From Octopus sinensis (taxonomy: Eukaryota): a stretch of 64,000 nucleotides of DNA. Location: assembly GCF_006345805.1 (NCBI RefSeq), contig NC_042998.1, positions 113,522,001 to 113,586,000 on the forward strand, written 5' to 3'. The position numbers and the translations under genes are program-made. This document shows, one piece after another, positions 12,806-25,320 of this stretch. Within the stretch, counting starts at the first letter, position 1, and each line of letters starts with the position of its first letter. The notes beneath the pieces were generated by a model. The model saw nothing but the letters and a program-made list of their open reading frames with translations. It searched no databases and had not been told where the DNA came from.

Positions 12806-13690
12806 GTCTGCCGACTTTCGGGCCAGGGCCCATGGACAACTTCCAGAGATCCCTGGCCTGGCAGTGCTACCGAGAAGCGCTACCCGTTCGGTATAAGCTC
12901 TACAGACATGGCTCGAGAAACACGGGGCCGACCTGCCCGAGATGCGGTCAGAGCGACGAAACCGTTCTGCACGCACTCCTTCAGTGTTCAACAATTTCCG
13001 ACCTGTGGGCTTATGTCGAACGACTGCTGTCACGTGTGGGACGAGTCGGTTTATCAGCCGAGTATATCGTCAATATTGTCACGCCCCCTTCCTTCAAACG
13101 GGAAGGAAGAGCTATTTTCATCATCCTTGTGGCTATGGCGAAAGAACGTATCTGGTGGACGCGTCTGAAAGGATTGGAGACAAACACTTTCCTCTCTGGT
13201 CAATCTCTCATCAACTTCTTCAAGTATCACTTGAAAAGGTAAGTGAGAGTAGAGAGGCAAGTTTTTGTCTAGCGAATGTTTCAAAAAAAGATGGGTGAAT
13301 GTAGCAAGGATGGCACGTATGAATGACGAAGCCACCTTGGGCATAATCCTATGAACCCGAAAAATTTAAAACAGAGGGTTACCTACTTGCAAACTAATGT
13401 GATAATATGTAACATCATTGACCGAGGTTACCGTGGTCTTTTCCGTAGGCTTTTCTTCCCACGGATAAACCTTATCTGCTTCCCTCTTTACACTTTACAC
13501 CATGACACTGTGATACATGATCCCTATTGATCGTTTTTACCCTTTTTCCCCCCTTTTTTTCTTCTTTCCCTTTTACGATCCCTTTTGATCGAAAACCTAA
13601 CCCACCATTTTTTTTCCTCTCCCCCAAAAAGAAAAGCTCTACTTTGTAATCTGTCCCGTCTGTGTGCAGGTCTGTGTGGCTAATAAAGAA
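12806..13690 (+). mobile_element. 5'-truncated Tx1/L1-clade LINE (zinc-finger C-terminus of ORF2 plus 3' UTR)
   Basis: ALPVRYKLY...CPRCGQSDETVLHALLQC (CCHC); frameshift near 13240; ends CTGTGTGGCTAATAAA. Confidence 0.85.
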
Positions 13691-14135
13691 ACATATCTAA
13701 TTATATTTTTGTTTTAGAACGAGAAAGAAGAGTACCCTCTATGGTTAGATTGCAGACCACAAAAACTGGTGGGGGAAAAGAAAGGAATACACAATTCATA
13801 GGTTATTCTCAAACCTGACGCCTGGTCCCAATGACAGAGACAACAAACTTGATGTTGAATGTCCAACTGGGAAGGTTTAACTGAGGACATGCTGGAGCAC
13901 CGCCTTAAAAGAAATTGCTCATTCATACACACACACACACACACACATGTATATATATATATAATATGTATGTATGTATGTATATATATATATATATATA
14001 TGTATATACATACACACACACACACTAATACTTGTGTTTGTACGTGAGTGTGTGCATGCGCGTTAAAATATGTGTACATGTATTTGTGCGCTGTATTCTT
14101 TTATATATGTGTGTATGTATGTATCTGTGTGTGTG

Positions 14136-14180
<45 letters not shown>

Positions 14181-14288
14181 CAAACACATACACACGTATA
14201 CAGGTACATGCATAAATATATATATATATATGCACCCATACACGCACACAAGCACACACACATTCACACACACACACGCACACACTCA

Positions 14289-14339
<51 letters not shown>

Positions 14340-14619
14340 TATGTGTGTGTTTCTGCCCGTATCTTTATAACCGTGCAGTAGTAGCCACAAGCACAAAAAA
14401 CCCCCCGAAGAAAAACCAAAATGGAGAAAAGAAACGAAAAGCCGTTCATCGTAAAATTAGGTAAATAGGTCAGTGTGTTAAATATTAGTTCAATTAACCA
14501 GCATCAGTACCATCATTATCATTCATCATCGTCATAAACGTCAACACGAATTTCGTTGACAATAACCCCCTATAAGACGAACGAAATTCCACTATCAGTC
14601 ATACACTCCTTGTTTGCAG

Positions 14620-14655
14620 AAGCCCCTATTTCACATCAAAGTCCATGTGGAGTAA
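14620..14655 (+). CDS. Candidate terminal exon (KPLFHIKVHVE*)
   Basis: Acceptor ctccttgtttgcAG, phase 0 compatible with exon 9845-9919, stop followed immediately by AATAAA (14656-61). Confidence 0.3.
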   Translation, partial: KPLFHIKVHVE

Positions 14656-15157
14656 AATAAAAAGGAAAAGTTTTCTGTCTTTTATTTGTTAGTAAAAATG
14701 TAAAGGACCAAAACAAAAACAATATGAAAGTAAAGAAAAAAGGCAAGCGACTAAAACATCACTTATTATCTGTTATTTTCCCGCCCAGTGGTGTTTTTTC
14801 TATCTCATAGCATACGAGAACAAAAGAACCGTAGTATGCAAAAACCCATAGTCAAATGGTTTTGTAAACTTGATATTGTTATTGCTGAATCAGTACTGAC
14901 TTAGGGATAAAAACAAATAGACTTTAACAAACTGAGTGTATTAACAACTGCACGAACAATGGACTTATTGGACGAATAAGCTTCTCTCCAAAGGGGCTTC
15001 TTATGGACTAATGAATGGTTCACTACATTGTCGAAAGTAAAAAGCGAAACAGCAGCAGCAGCAGCAGCAACCACCACCACCACCACCACCACCACCACCA
15101 CCACCACCACCACCACCACCACCACCACCACCGCCCGCCGCCGCCGCCGCCACCACC

Positions 15158-15190
<33 letters not shown>

Positions 15191-15515
15191 CACATAGTCA
15201 TATATTCACAAATACATACATACTCATATATATATACATACACACACATATAGATTTATAAATAATCCATATATATATATATATCTAATTTCACAAATAA
15301 TGCAAAATATATATCCTCACAAACACAAGAGCGTGTATATACTAAAAAACACAAACAAAATGAATAAATATTAGAATAAAAGAACTAATAACAATAATAG
15401 AAATAAACAAAAATAAACTCCACTCCAAACATTTTCACTGATTAATTAACCCTGTAAATTAAACCTTCGTTTTATTTTCATTATATCAAAATAAATATGT
15501 GACGATTCACAAAGT

Positions 15516-15654
<139 letters not shown>

Positions 15655-15804
15655 CCCCCCTTAGATCTGACTTGAACTCGGATATGTATGTATATACATT
15701 CAAGCATACATATACTCCGCCACATAATATATGTTAAAAAAAAAACTTACATATGCATATTTAAAAATGCATCTATACACATATCTGCATGTATACATGT
15801 GTGC

Positions 15805-15854
<50 letters not shown>

Positions 15855-16728
15855 ATATACATGTGTGGGTGAATGTGTGTGTGTGTATGTGTATGTTGTG
15901 TGTATGGTGTGTGTATATGTGTGTGTGGGGGTTGTGCGTGTGCGTGTGTGTGTGATTGTGTGTGTGTGTGCGCGTAGATACATGAATACATTATCGTGAA
16001 GGAGAAGCAGTGAGTGCTCAATACAAAACAGAGTTAATATATCATATTCATTCGAAGTTGAAAAAATAAAAATAAAAATAAAATAAAAGCTACTCTGTGT
16101 TTTAAACTTTAGATCTCCGAATTTTAACCAGAAATAGACAGAAAGCAGTTTCTATATGATTGCATATTCAAATTCATTAAGTTTTGGTAGAGTGCTGGGG
16201 AAAAAAAAATCCACTTTCGAATGGAAAAGGTAACCTGGTGTGACACAATTAGTGGAAAAACAGTAATAATTCATAACAAAATTGCTTTTCAATGAGACGA
16301 ATCTCGTAAATGTTAACATTATTGAATTCGATTGAACTGTAAATGGGATAAATATTCAAGCAGAGGTGGAAATTATATGTATGTATACCATTATTCAGTT
16401 TATTTCAAGATTTCTTCCCAATAGAGAAAGAACCGGTTTCTAACCTAAATCCAAGGTTCCTTCATTGCAATTTCAACATCAATAACAGGGTATTTCTGTA
16501 TGTATGTATGTATGTATGTATGTATGTATGTATGTATGTATGTATGTATGTATGTATGTATGTATGTGCAGATTTGTATGTTTTATGTATTCTCATGCAT
16601 ATAGTTACATATCTAAACATGCTCATATATATTTAAATGATGAACTTTTTACAGTTCCAGTGATGGACTGGATCTATAGTCTTTCTCAGGATCGGAATAT
16701 AGGCAGTGTGTTACATATCACAGGGCCC

Positions 16729-16760
<32 letters not shown>

Positions 16761-16859
16761 TGTATGTATGTATGTATGTATGTATGTATGTATGTATGTA
16801 TTTGTGTGTTTGCTTGTGTGTGTGTGCGTATGTGTGTGTGTGTGTATGTATATACATAT

Positions 16860-17717
16860 ATGGTGTGGTGAATAAACCGTAGTCTAAATTACGCAAAAAT
16901 GAAAATAACACTGACATCTCATTTTTGCAGATATATCTACTAAAATTACGTAAAAATATCTTGAAATACTAAAGAGTAAATTTATTCAATAAAATCGCCA
17001 TTGGCTTCAATCACGGCCTCCAGGCGACTTTGGAATCTGCGACTCTTCTCGACAGTCTCCTTGTTTAAGTTGGTGAATGCTGCCATAATCCTTGCCTTCA
17101 GTTCCTCTTTGGTGTTAAAAGGAGTTTTGTTGGTCTCTCGTTCAACTGCGCCCCACTCATAATAATCAAAGGGGTTGCAATCTGGAGAGTTAGGTGGCCA
17201 GATGTTAAGGGTGATGTGGTCGCGAAAATTGTCTGACAATCATGACAGGGTTCTCCTGCTTGCATGGCATGGTGCAGAGACCTGTTGCCTGACATAGGGT
17301 CTTCCAGCAGCCACCCTCTTGACCCAGGGCAGCACTACCTCCCGCAGTCCACTTAATGTAGGCCTCCATGTTGATTTTGAGGTCGTGTGGGAAGATGAAT
17401 GGAGGCATAACGTCACCATCACAAGTGATCACTCCAAACACCATGATGTTGACTTGAGATTTGATTTTTACCACTCTCGGTACATGTCCTCAGATTGTAA
17501 TGTCTTCAGATTGATACCCAAATACTCTGAAATGTTCGTATTGAACTTGTTGTTTCCAAATTTCTGGCAGACTGAATTTCGTCATGGTGCTGTTTTTCTC
17601 ACTGACAGTACCCAACTGATCCTACTATATTGTGGACTCGACAAAATCAAAAACAACAATGCACATGCGCGAAATTAAAAATAAATATAAAATGGGGACA
17701 ATTTACCCATCGCACTC

Positions 17718-17718
<1 letters not shown>
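16860..17718 (-). mobile_element. Internally deleted, inactive Tc1/mariner DD37D (maT-type) transposon
   Basis: VMVFGVI...QQ(V)SAPCH...WPPNSPDCNPFD with 37 residues between the second and third catalytic positions; stops and frameshifts; degenerate TIRs between microsatellites. Confidence 0.85.
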
Positions 17719-17798
<80 letters not shown>

Positions 17799-17938
17799 GT
17801 ATATATCTATATATATATATATTATAGAATATAAGGTACTCAGAACTCTGGATGGTTTTATATTTACAGCTTTATATTATGTCACATGTTTTTATAAATC
17901 ATATATTAGCGCTTGTACCTACTCTTGTAGAATCTCCC

Positions 17939-18002
<64 letters not shown>

Positions 18003-18341
18003 ATTTATATATAATAAAAGGAGTTATGGAAACTTGTACATCCACAAAATTTATTTTATACGTGTAGGTCATTATAATATGGTGTATATATTATAAATAA
18101 ATTTTGTAGATGTACAAGTCTTCATATTCTTTATTATTTTAATATTAATATATACTCCAGATAATTTTTACAGTCCAGCGAAGAGAGCATGGAATTACCT
18201 ACCTGAAGAATTCACGGAGTGACCAACAACTAAATGTAGTCGCAGACATTAGATTTTGATCGTTGTGGCTAGCCGTCAATTGGAACTTAACTGAGATCTA
18301 ATACGGTGTCCACCCCGATGATATATCCTTCCAAACTCACT

Positions 18342-18379
<38 letters not shown>

Positions 18380-18969
18380 TAGATAAATAGATATATGCAA
18401 AGAAAATTTATGCGGTGAAAATTTGTGTAGAAAATTGCGTGTGTTTATGGGAAAGAGTCTGTGTGTATTTAAATCATTGAGATAATCCAATGATTTAAAC
18501 GTCTGAACGAATAAAGCACAAACAAAATATATATTGAAAATATATATCCTTATAAGGGGAACATACATGCGTGCATTCAGATATATACATATACATACAT
18601 GTACTCTTACGCAAGGAAGCTTTCCTGTCAGTAGAGTTAAAAAGAGTCAATAAAATGGACGTGATGTCCAACGATGCACAGAATCAAATTGATTTCGGCC
18701 CTACCGATTAAAGAGGTTTATAATGGTTGAAAGGAACTTGGTAACGTGGTAAAAGAAAGCAGAAAAATTCTGGGATAAAGTAGCTTTCAAAATAGACACA
18801 ACAAACTGTGAAGCTTCGGCAAAAAACTTCCATTTTGAATACAGAAATGTTAGATCCAATATTGGAAGAATCCAATATTTCGAGTTATATGATTTACAGC
18901 AACATAGATGTTTGATTGCAATCGTTCGATCCTTTATTAACAACAAAGAATCATCACAATTTATAAATA

Positions 18970-19331
18970 TTGGGTTGGCAATTAAGTTCCTGCCGTTTTT
19001 TTTTAATTTTTGAATTTATTGCATTTTAAAATTTTGAATTTATTTTTTTCGAGAATTATATGAATCATTTTAGAATCTATCTAATTTTTTTTTAGTTAAT
19101 TTTAGTTAATTTTTGTTTATTTTCAGATCATTAAAATGGAATGTCAAGTTAAGAAAAACGAGCATTTTCGACACCTCCTTCTTTTTGCTTTTAATCAAGG
19201 TTCTAAGGCCGCAAAAACTACTCGCGACATTTATGCTGTGTATGGAGAGGGTGCCATAGCTGAAAGAACCGCTCATGATTGGTATGCCAAGTTCAAAAAT
19301 GGAAATTTTGACCTCAAAGACGCATCTCGTT
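18970..19331 (+). mobile_element. Mariner 5' fragment (TIR plus HTH N-terminus)
   Basis: TA-TTGGGTTGGCAATTAAGTTCC; MECQVKKNEHFRHLLLFAFNQG...WYAKFKNGNFDLKDASRS, cut off by (TG)n. Confidence 0.85.
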
Positions 19332-19530
19332 CTGTGTGTGTGTGTATGTATATATATTTATATAATAAATATACATGTTCTCTTTTCTCTTTTACTCTTT
19401 TATTTGTTTCAGTGTAAAGATATATATATATCTTCATACATATATGCATAAGTACGTTAATTCACACAAATAACATGTATATATATATATATATATATAT
19501 ATAAACACACACACACACACACCACACAAC

Positions 19531-19580
<50 letters not shown>

Positions 19581-19930
19581 TATCTTATATTATATACACT
19601 ATTATATACGTTTGTATGTATCTTATGTGTATATATGTATGCATATATGTATGTATATACCCACCCACACACAGACACACACACATATATACACACAAAC
19701 ATATATATATATATATATATGCATATAAATATATGTATACATTTCATATAATTATATTTATACACACACAGGCATGTATACACACAGGAAACATATATAA
19801 ACACATATATATGACCAAAAACATTCAGATATACAGAAGGTAACATATTTTTAATCGCCTCTAAACATTCCCAACTTGCACAGCCATACGCATAAAACCT
19901 TCATACACACACACACACACACACACACAC

Positions 19931-19961
<31 letters not shown>

Positions 19962-20563
19962 CACGCATGTGCGCACTCACACATACATGCATACATATAA
20001 TTCTCACATAGCTCCTATCTATATCTACACACTGAAACAAGAGATACGTATAGACATGTATACACACTTATATACACACACCCCTCTAATCTAGCCACAA
20101 ATTCATGCGTATACGTAAATTGAAGATGAGAATTTCATCAGTAGTGAGAGACATGCGAGAGAGAATTATTGCTATTTTTGGTTCGGAACCGATGTTTAAT
20201 GAAAAATAAAATAAAGCAAGCTCAGTTACGTCGCTATAAGTTCCCGGTGAGACAACAGAAGTTCAATCAGAGATCACGGCGGGATCTGTTCAAAGAAACG
20301 AAAAAACATAGACGAGGTAAACAAAACAAAGCCATGTCTTGTAAGCCACTTTACCAAACTGTAAAGATATTTAGAAATAGATATTAATCTCGCAAAATTA
20401 CTTTCACTGTGACAAAAATCAACGCGTTATTAATAGATGTCGGTCGGTCCGTCTGTCTGTCTCTTTGTACGTATGTACGTAAGCAAGTACGTACATAAGT
20501 ACGTATGTGTGGTGTATGTATGAATGCATGTATGTATTTATGTATGGTTGTTTGTATGTATGC

Positions 20564-20596
<33 letters not shown>

Positions 20597-20728
20597 TGTA
20601 TGTATGTATGTGTCTTTCTTTCTTTCTTTCTGTCTTTCTATTTATCTATCTAGCTAGATATACACAAACATATATATATATGCATAGATAGAAACAGTCA
20701 TATATTAATGTATGCATGGATATACGTA

Positions 20729-20760
<32 letters not shown>

Positions 20761-20814
20761 ACACCACACACACTCAGATACACACATACACACAAACAAA
20801 CTCACACACTACTA

Positions 20815-20978
20815 GACGCAGGAGTGGCTGTGTGGTAAGAAGCTTGCTTCCCAGCCACATAGTTCGAGGTTCAGTCCTATTGCGTGGCATCTTGGGAAAA
20901 TGTCTTCTACTATAACCTCGGGCCGACAGAAGCCCTGAGAGTAGATTTGGAAGACGGAAACTGAAAGAAGTTCCTCGT
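20815..20978 (+). mobile_element. SINE family A, 5' half
   Basis: GGAGTGGCTGTGTGGTAAGAAGC...GGAAACTGAAAGAAG. Confidence 0.85.
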
Positions 20979-21271
20979 ACACATACACACACACACACAC
21001 ACACACGATCATATACATATACATATATATATATATGTATATAAATATATATGCATACATATATATATATAATATATATATATTATATGTATATATATAT
21101 GTAGATATATATATATAATATAAATAATATATTACGGAGATGTACTCGCATAGCAAGTAATTTGATCTGAGATCGTGTGCTGAAACGAAAACAATTGCAG
21201 CGTGGAAGGTGTTTATAAGCCATTTAAGAAACACACAAAAGCCGTTCGATTCACTTCAACATTTAAGTTTA

Positions 21272-21323
21272 ATTTGTCAAAATATTTTCGTCGCTAAAAT
21301 CCGCGACCTGTTCACTGATAAAT
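21272..21323 (-). ncRNA. Hammerhead-like motif, G3:C8 core variant
   Basis: Minus strand ATTTATCA-GTGAACA-G-GTCGC-GGATTTTA-GCGAC-GAAA-ATATTT-TGACAAAT: stems I and II pair, stem III region is palindromic (AAAATATTTT), core GUGAACA instead of CUGANGA. Confidence 0.55.
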
Positions 21324-21359
21324 GTTTTTACTCCGGTATATATAGATATATATATATAT

Positions 21360-21733
21360 GGGTGGCACCCGTCGGTTACAACGACGAGGGTTTCAGTTGA
21401 TCCGATCAACAGAACAGCCTGCTCGTGAAATTAACGTGCAAGTGGCTGAGCACTCCACAGATACGTGTACCCTTAACGTAGTACTCGGGGAGATTCAACG
21501 TGACACACAGTGTGACAAGGCTCTCTTTGAAATACAGGTCCAACAGAAAAAGGAAGAAAGAGTGAGAGAAAGTTGTGGTGAAAGACTACAGCAGGGTTCT
21601 CCACCTCGCTGCCGGAGCCTCGTGGAGCTTTAGGTGTTTTTGCTCAATAAGCACTCACACCGCCCGGTCTGGGAATCGAAACCGCGATCCTATGACCGCG
21701 AGTCCGCTGCCCTAACCACTGGGCCATTGCGCC

Positions 21734-21737
<4 letters not shown>
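21360..21737 (-). mobile_element. SINE family C (tRNA-Arg-like head), body type 1
   Basis: Head GGCGCAATGGCCCAGTGGTTAGGGCAGCGGACTCGCGGTC...GGTTTCGATTCCC; body contains CAGCCACTTGCACGTTAA. Confidence 0.85.
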
Positions 21738-21777
<40 letters not shown>

Positions 21778-21781
<4 letters not shown>

Positions 21782-21985
21782 TATGGATTTGTCCCCCACC
21801 GCCACTTGACAGTTGGTGTAATTATGTTCCCGTAAACTGGTGGTTCGTCAAAATAGATTGATAGAATAAGTGCCAGGTCTTTTTAAAAAAAGTACTGAGG
21901 TCGATTCGTTCCTCAATGATTTCTCAAGGTTGTGCCCCAGCATGGCCGGAGTCTAATGGCTGAAACAAGTAAAAGATAAAAAGAC
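21778..21985 (+). mobile_element. SINE family A, diverged 3' half
   Basis: TTGTCCCCC...CTTGACAG...CCAGCATGGCC...GAAACAAGTAAAAGATAAAAG. Confidence 0.7.
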
Positions 21986-22033
21986 GAAAGATACAATTGA
22001 TAGAGCAATAGATAGGTAGGAAAGTATATATAC

Positions 22034-22083
<50 letters not shown>

Positions 22084-22654
22084 CAGGGAGGGAGAGAGAG
22101 AGAGAGAGAGAGAGGAGAGAAACAGGGAGAGAGAGAGAGAGAGAGAGAGGGGGAGAAAGAGTGGGTGAGAGGGAGCGGGAGTGGGGAAATAGTATGTGTA
22201 TGTATGTGTGTAAGATAGACATAAGATGTGATAGATATAGAAAAATTGATGTTTACAATTTCTTTCTCACGTTGTTCAATTTCTTTTTGACTGTTTTTAA
22301 AACCTGTTTATTTGTTTTCTTCTTTATTTAATTTGTTATTTTTATGCACGTGTTTTGTTTATCGCTTTCGCGTGATTGTTCCTTTCTGATGTGTACATAC
22401 ACACACACACACAAACATACACAACCATATATGTATGTATATGTGTGTATATGCAAGCATCTATATATGTGTATGCATATATGTGTATGTATGTATGCGC
22501 ATGCACACACACACACACACACACAAAGAAACACATACCAAATACACACACATCAAATACACGTGCACACACACACGTACACACACACACACGCACACAC
22601 ACACAGACACACACACACGCACACACACACACGAGTTGTATAGAATATGGATTT

Positions 22655-23053
22655 CAGTGGTGGTTCTACAATATTGGGGCCCTGAAGCTTAAAATGTTAT
22701 GGGGTCCACCCTTTACAACCAGCAACAGTAGGGTAACATCCAACAAGGGTCAAAGAATTTTCGTGCCCTTGCAATGGGAGGGGTAGGGCTGAAGTTTCCA
22801 ATGTAATTCAAGTAAAGCGAATTATCTGCGAGTCGTTTGTACTTTTATTTTTCATGCTACTCCACACCGGTAGAAACAACAGGTGAACAACTCGTGGCTA
22901 CACACTGCGTGTCTAGACTCTTAGTATGTGTATGATATGACGTCCGCTAAGACTGGTAACAGAATGAAAAAAATAGTTACTTCAGAGGGACCCCTCCAGG
23001 ATTATGGACCCCGAAGCTTAAGCTTCATTAGTTTTATGGTAGATCTGCCACTG
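22655..23053. mobile_element. hAT-type MITE
   Basis: TIRs CAGTGGTGGTTCTAC / GTAGATCTGCCACTG; 8-bp TSD ATGGATTT / TTGGATTT (7 of 8 match). Confidence 0.8.
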
Positions 23054-23247
23054 TTGGATTTAGAGAATCATGCGGCTCTCACAGTAAACTCGGAATCGGC
23101 TATCTGTTTACATTGTAATAAATTGCAATGGAGCGTAATGTAATATTTCTGTGTAAATGAAAATTCAGAAATTGCAAGTTGTAAATTTCAGTGACAAATA
23201 AATCTATCTTTAACACCCCACAATCTGACTTCATACTTTCTGTATAT

Positions 23248-23282
<35 letters not shown>

Positions 23283-23382
23283 ATATATATGCATAGATAG
23301 ATAGATGGATAGATAGATAGATAGATATATACATACATACATACGTTCATAACATACGTACACGCGCGCCCTCACACACATA

Positions 23383-23820
23383 CAAGTGTTACGGAATGAA
23401 GTATGGGAAATCTGGGCTACATATGTTTCATAGCGAGTAAGTGGTAAAATTCAAGTGAGGTGTATACCGCCGGTTACTCTTCAGGCTAAGGACATCTTGA
23501 TTAGATTAAAGGCTACATTGTCGCAAGGAGGTACATGTTGACGCAAAGTGGATTCAATCAGAATGTGTGGAAGGCACACTTATTTTCCCCTCATTTATAT
23601 ACCCCTCACATACTGAGTCCTTCACACATTCTAATTGAATTCTCTTTGCGTCAACATGTACCTCCTTGCGACAATGTAGCCTTTAATCTAATCAAAATAT
23701 CCTTGGGCTGAAGAGTAACCGGCGGCGTACACCTTACTTTGAATTTTACCACTTCTGAGGCTTCACTCGCTGTGAAACATATGTAGCACGGATTTCCCAT
23801 ACTCCATTTCGTAACTCTTG
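23383..23820. mobile_element. Fold-back element with ~190-bp inverted arms, TA-flanked
   Basis: Arms ~23383-23575 and ~23618-23820 are reverse complements with scattered mismatches and a 13-nt indel; TA on both sides. Confidence 0.85.
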
Positions 23821-23954
23821 TATTCCTTTTCGCACATTCGGCAACCCTGGTTGTCTATCGAAGAATATAAAAAGAGCTTTTTAAAGCTCATCGTTCTACG
23901 ATAAAGAAAAGAAATCCGCAACCTTCCGTCTCAATAAGCCACTATTGATCTTGA

Positions 23955-24982
23955 AAATTGTTTAGCGAAGGCGGAGGTATTGTTTTCAGTTGTGCTTGTT
24001 TGTTTGCCCGTGAACAAGGTATCTCAAGAACCGCTGGATGGATTCGGATGAAACTTTCAGGGATGCTTGGCCTCGTGACTGGCACAAACTGATTAGATTT
24101 TGGGATCGATCCGATACCGGACATGGATTCTGGATTCTTTGTTATATTTATTTTACATGAAGTATTACGATCTTACGTTCACTTTCAAGTCTTTGATTAT
24201 CTCCCTTGAAAGCATGCTCATGGTTTCCACGTAAGTTATGGTGATGTTTCAGTTTCCGAAGTTTTATTTTCATTTCTAAAGTTTTATTAATTTTACTCCC
24301 ATCTCTATCTTTGTAGAAACTGATGGATACAAAAAAATCAAACTGCATAAAGAAACGGCAGCAAAACCGTTCTGAAATTAAATAGCACTAACATGTTCAG
24401 TAACAATAATAAATTTAATTTATCTTCGACAATTTTAAATTTTACTAACTTTGAATATATCGCTCCTGTTTAAAACCTCTTACCTACTTAATTGCATTTT
24501 TAGTTCTACCTTGAAGGAAGCTTTACTTCTTGGACTTACGTTTTTGTGCGCAACGATGTTGTTAAACCTCTGTTAACAGTACCGTATGCAGGTCCTTTCC
24601 GTTTTCTTTCATGCACAGTTAAACTTTTCACTATAGACTTTAATGGTCGTAAAGACACTATGTCAGTGGATAGACTAAAAAGGCCTTCATAGAGAAATCT
24701 GTCCCTGTTCTCATTGTAGACGACACACACACACAGCCCACACACCCACCTTCACATTCCATGACTACTTTTGGGATCGATGAGGTACCGGACAAAGATT
24801 CTGGATTATTTTCCCGGTTTTTTACTTAATTTTTGAGAGAGGTCGGGTTCATTTTTAGCATTCTCGTTTGTGAAAACAATCGAGTTTATTTCAGATATTC
24901 TCATTTTAAAATTCATCTCCAGCTAATAGTTCAGAGGACGTTGATGCTGCCTTGGCAGAGGTTTGCGCTCTGAGTGCTGTTG
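23955..24982 (+). mobile_element. Helentron-associated (HINE-like) element in two segments
   Basis: 5' AAGGCGGAGGTATTGTTTTC...GGATTCGGATGAAACTTT; 3' CCTTGGCAGAGGTTTGCGCTCTGAGTGC; core TTTTGGGATCGAT...GATTCTGGATT at both 24097 and 24768. Confidence 0.45.
24505..24690 (+). mobile_element. Gypsy integrase C-terminal remnant
   Basis: YVFVRNDVVKPLLTVPYAGPFRFL...FTIDFNGRKDTMSVDRLK. Confidence 0.7.
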
Positions 24983-25167
24983 TTGTTGTTGTTGTTATTA
25001 TTTTTATTGTTATTGTTGTTGTTGTTATTATTATTGTTGTTGTTGTTGCTGTTAGTTTTTGTTGGCAGACGAGATTACAAGATTATCTATTTGTTCTCGT
25101 ATCTCCTTCTACTTATTTTCTTTCTGTAGAAATGCGTTGTGTCACCTGGATATTTTCTGTTCCCTAG

Positions 25168-25223
25168 AGATTAACGATTTGTCAGACAACAGTTACGAGA
25201 GTCGGTCTGTTGACACTGTTTGA
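25168..25223 (+). CDS. Candidate terminal exon (xINDLSDNSYESRSVDTV*)
   Basis: Acceptor attttctgttccctAG, phase 1; a second strong acceptor lies 38 nt upstream. Confidence 0.3.
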
Positions 25224-25235
25224 CATCATCATCAT

Positions 25236-25320
<85 letters not shown>

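Noticed and set aside
18203-18240. CTGAAGA followed by a TCAC/GTGA hairpin
   Set aside because: No GAAA and no clear stem III; not a supportable hammerhead.
20241-20296. Minus-strand AG...GT segment with a strong pyrimidine tract
   Set aside because: Stops in all three frames; could only be a UTR exon and there is no supporting evidence.
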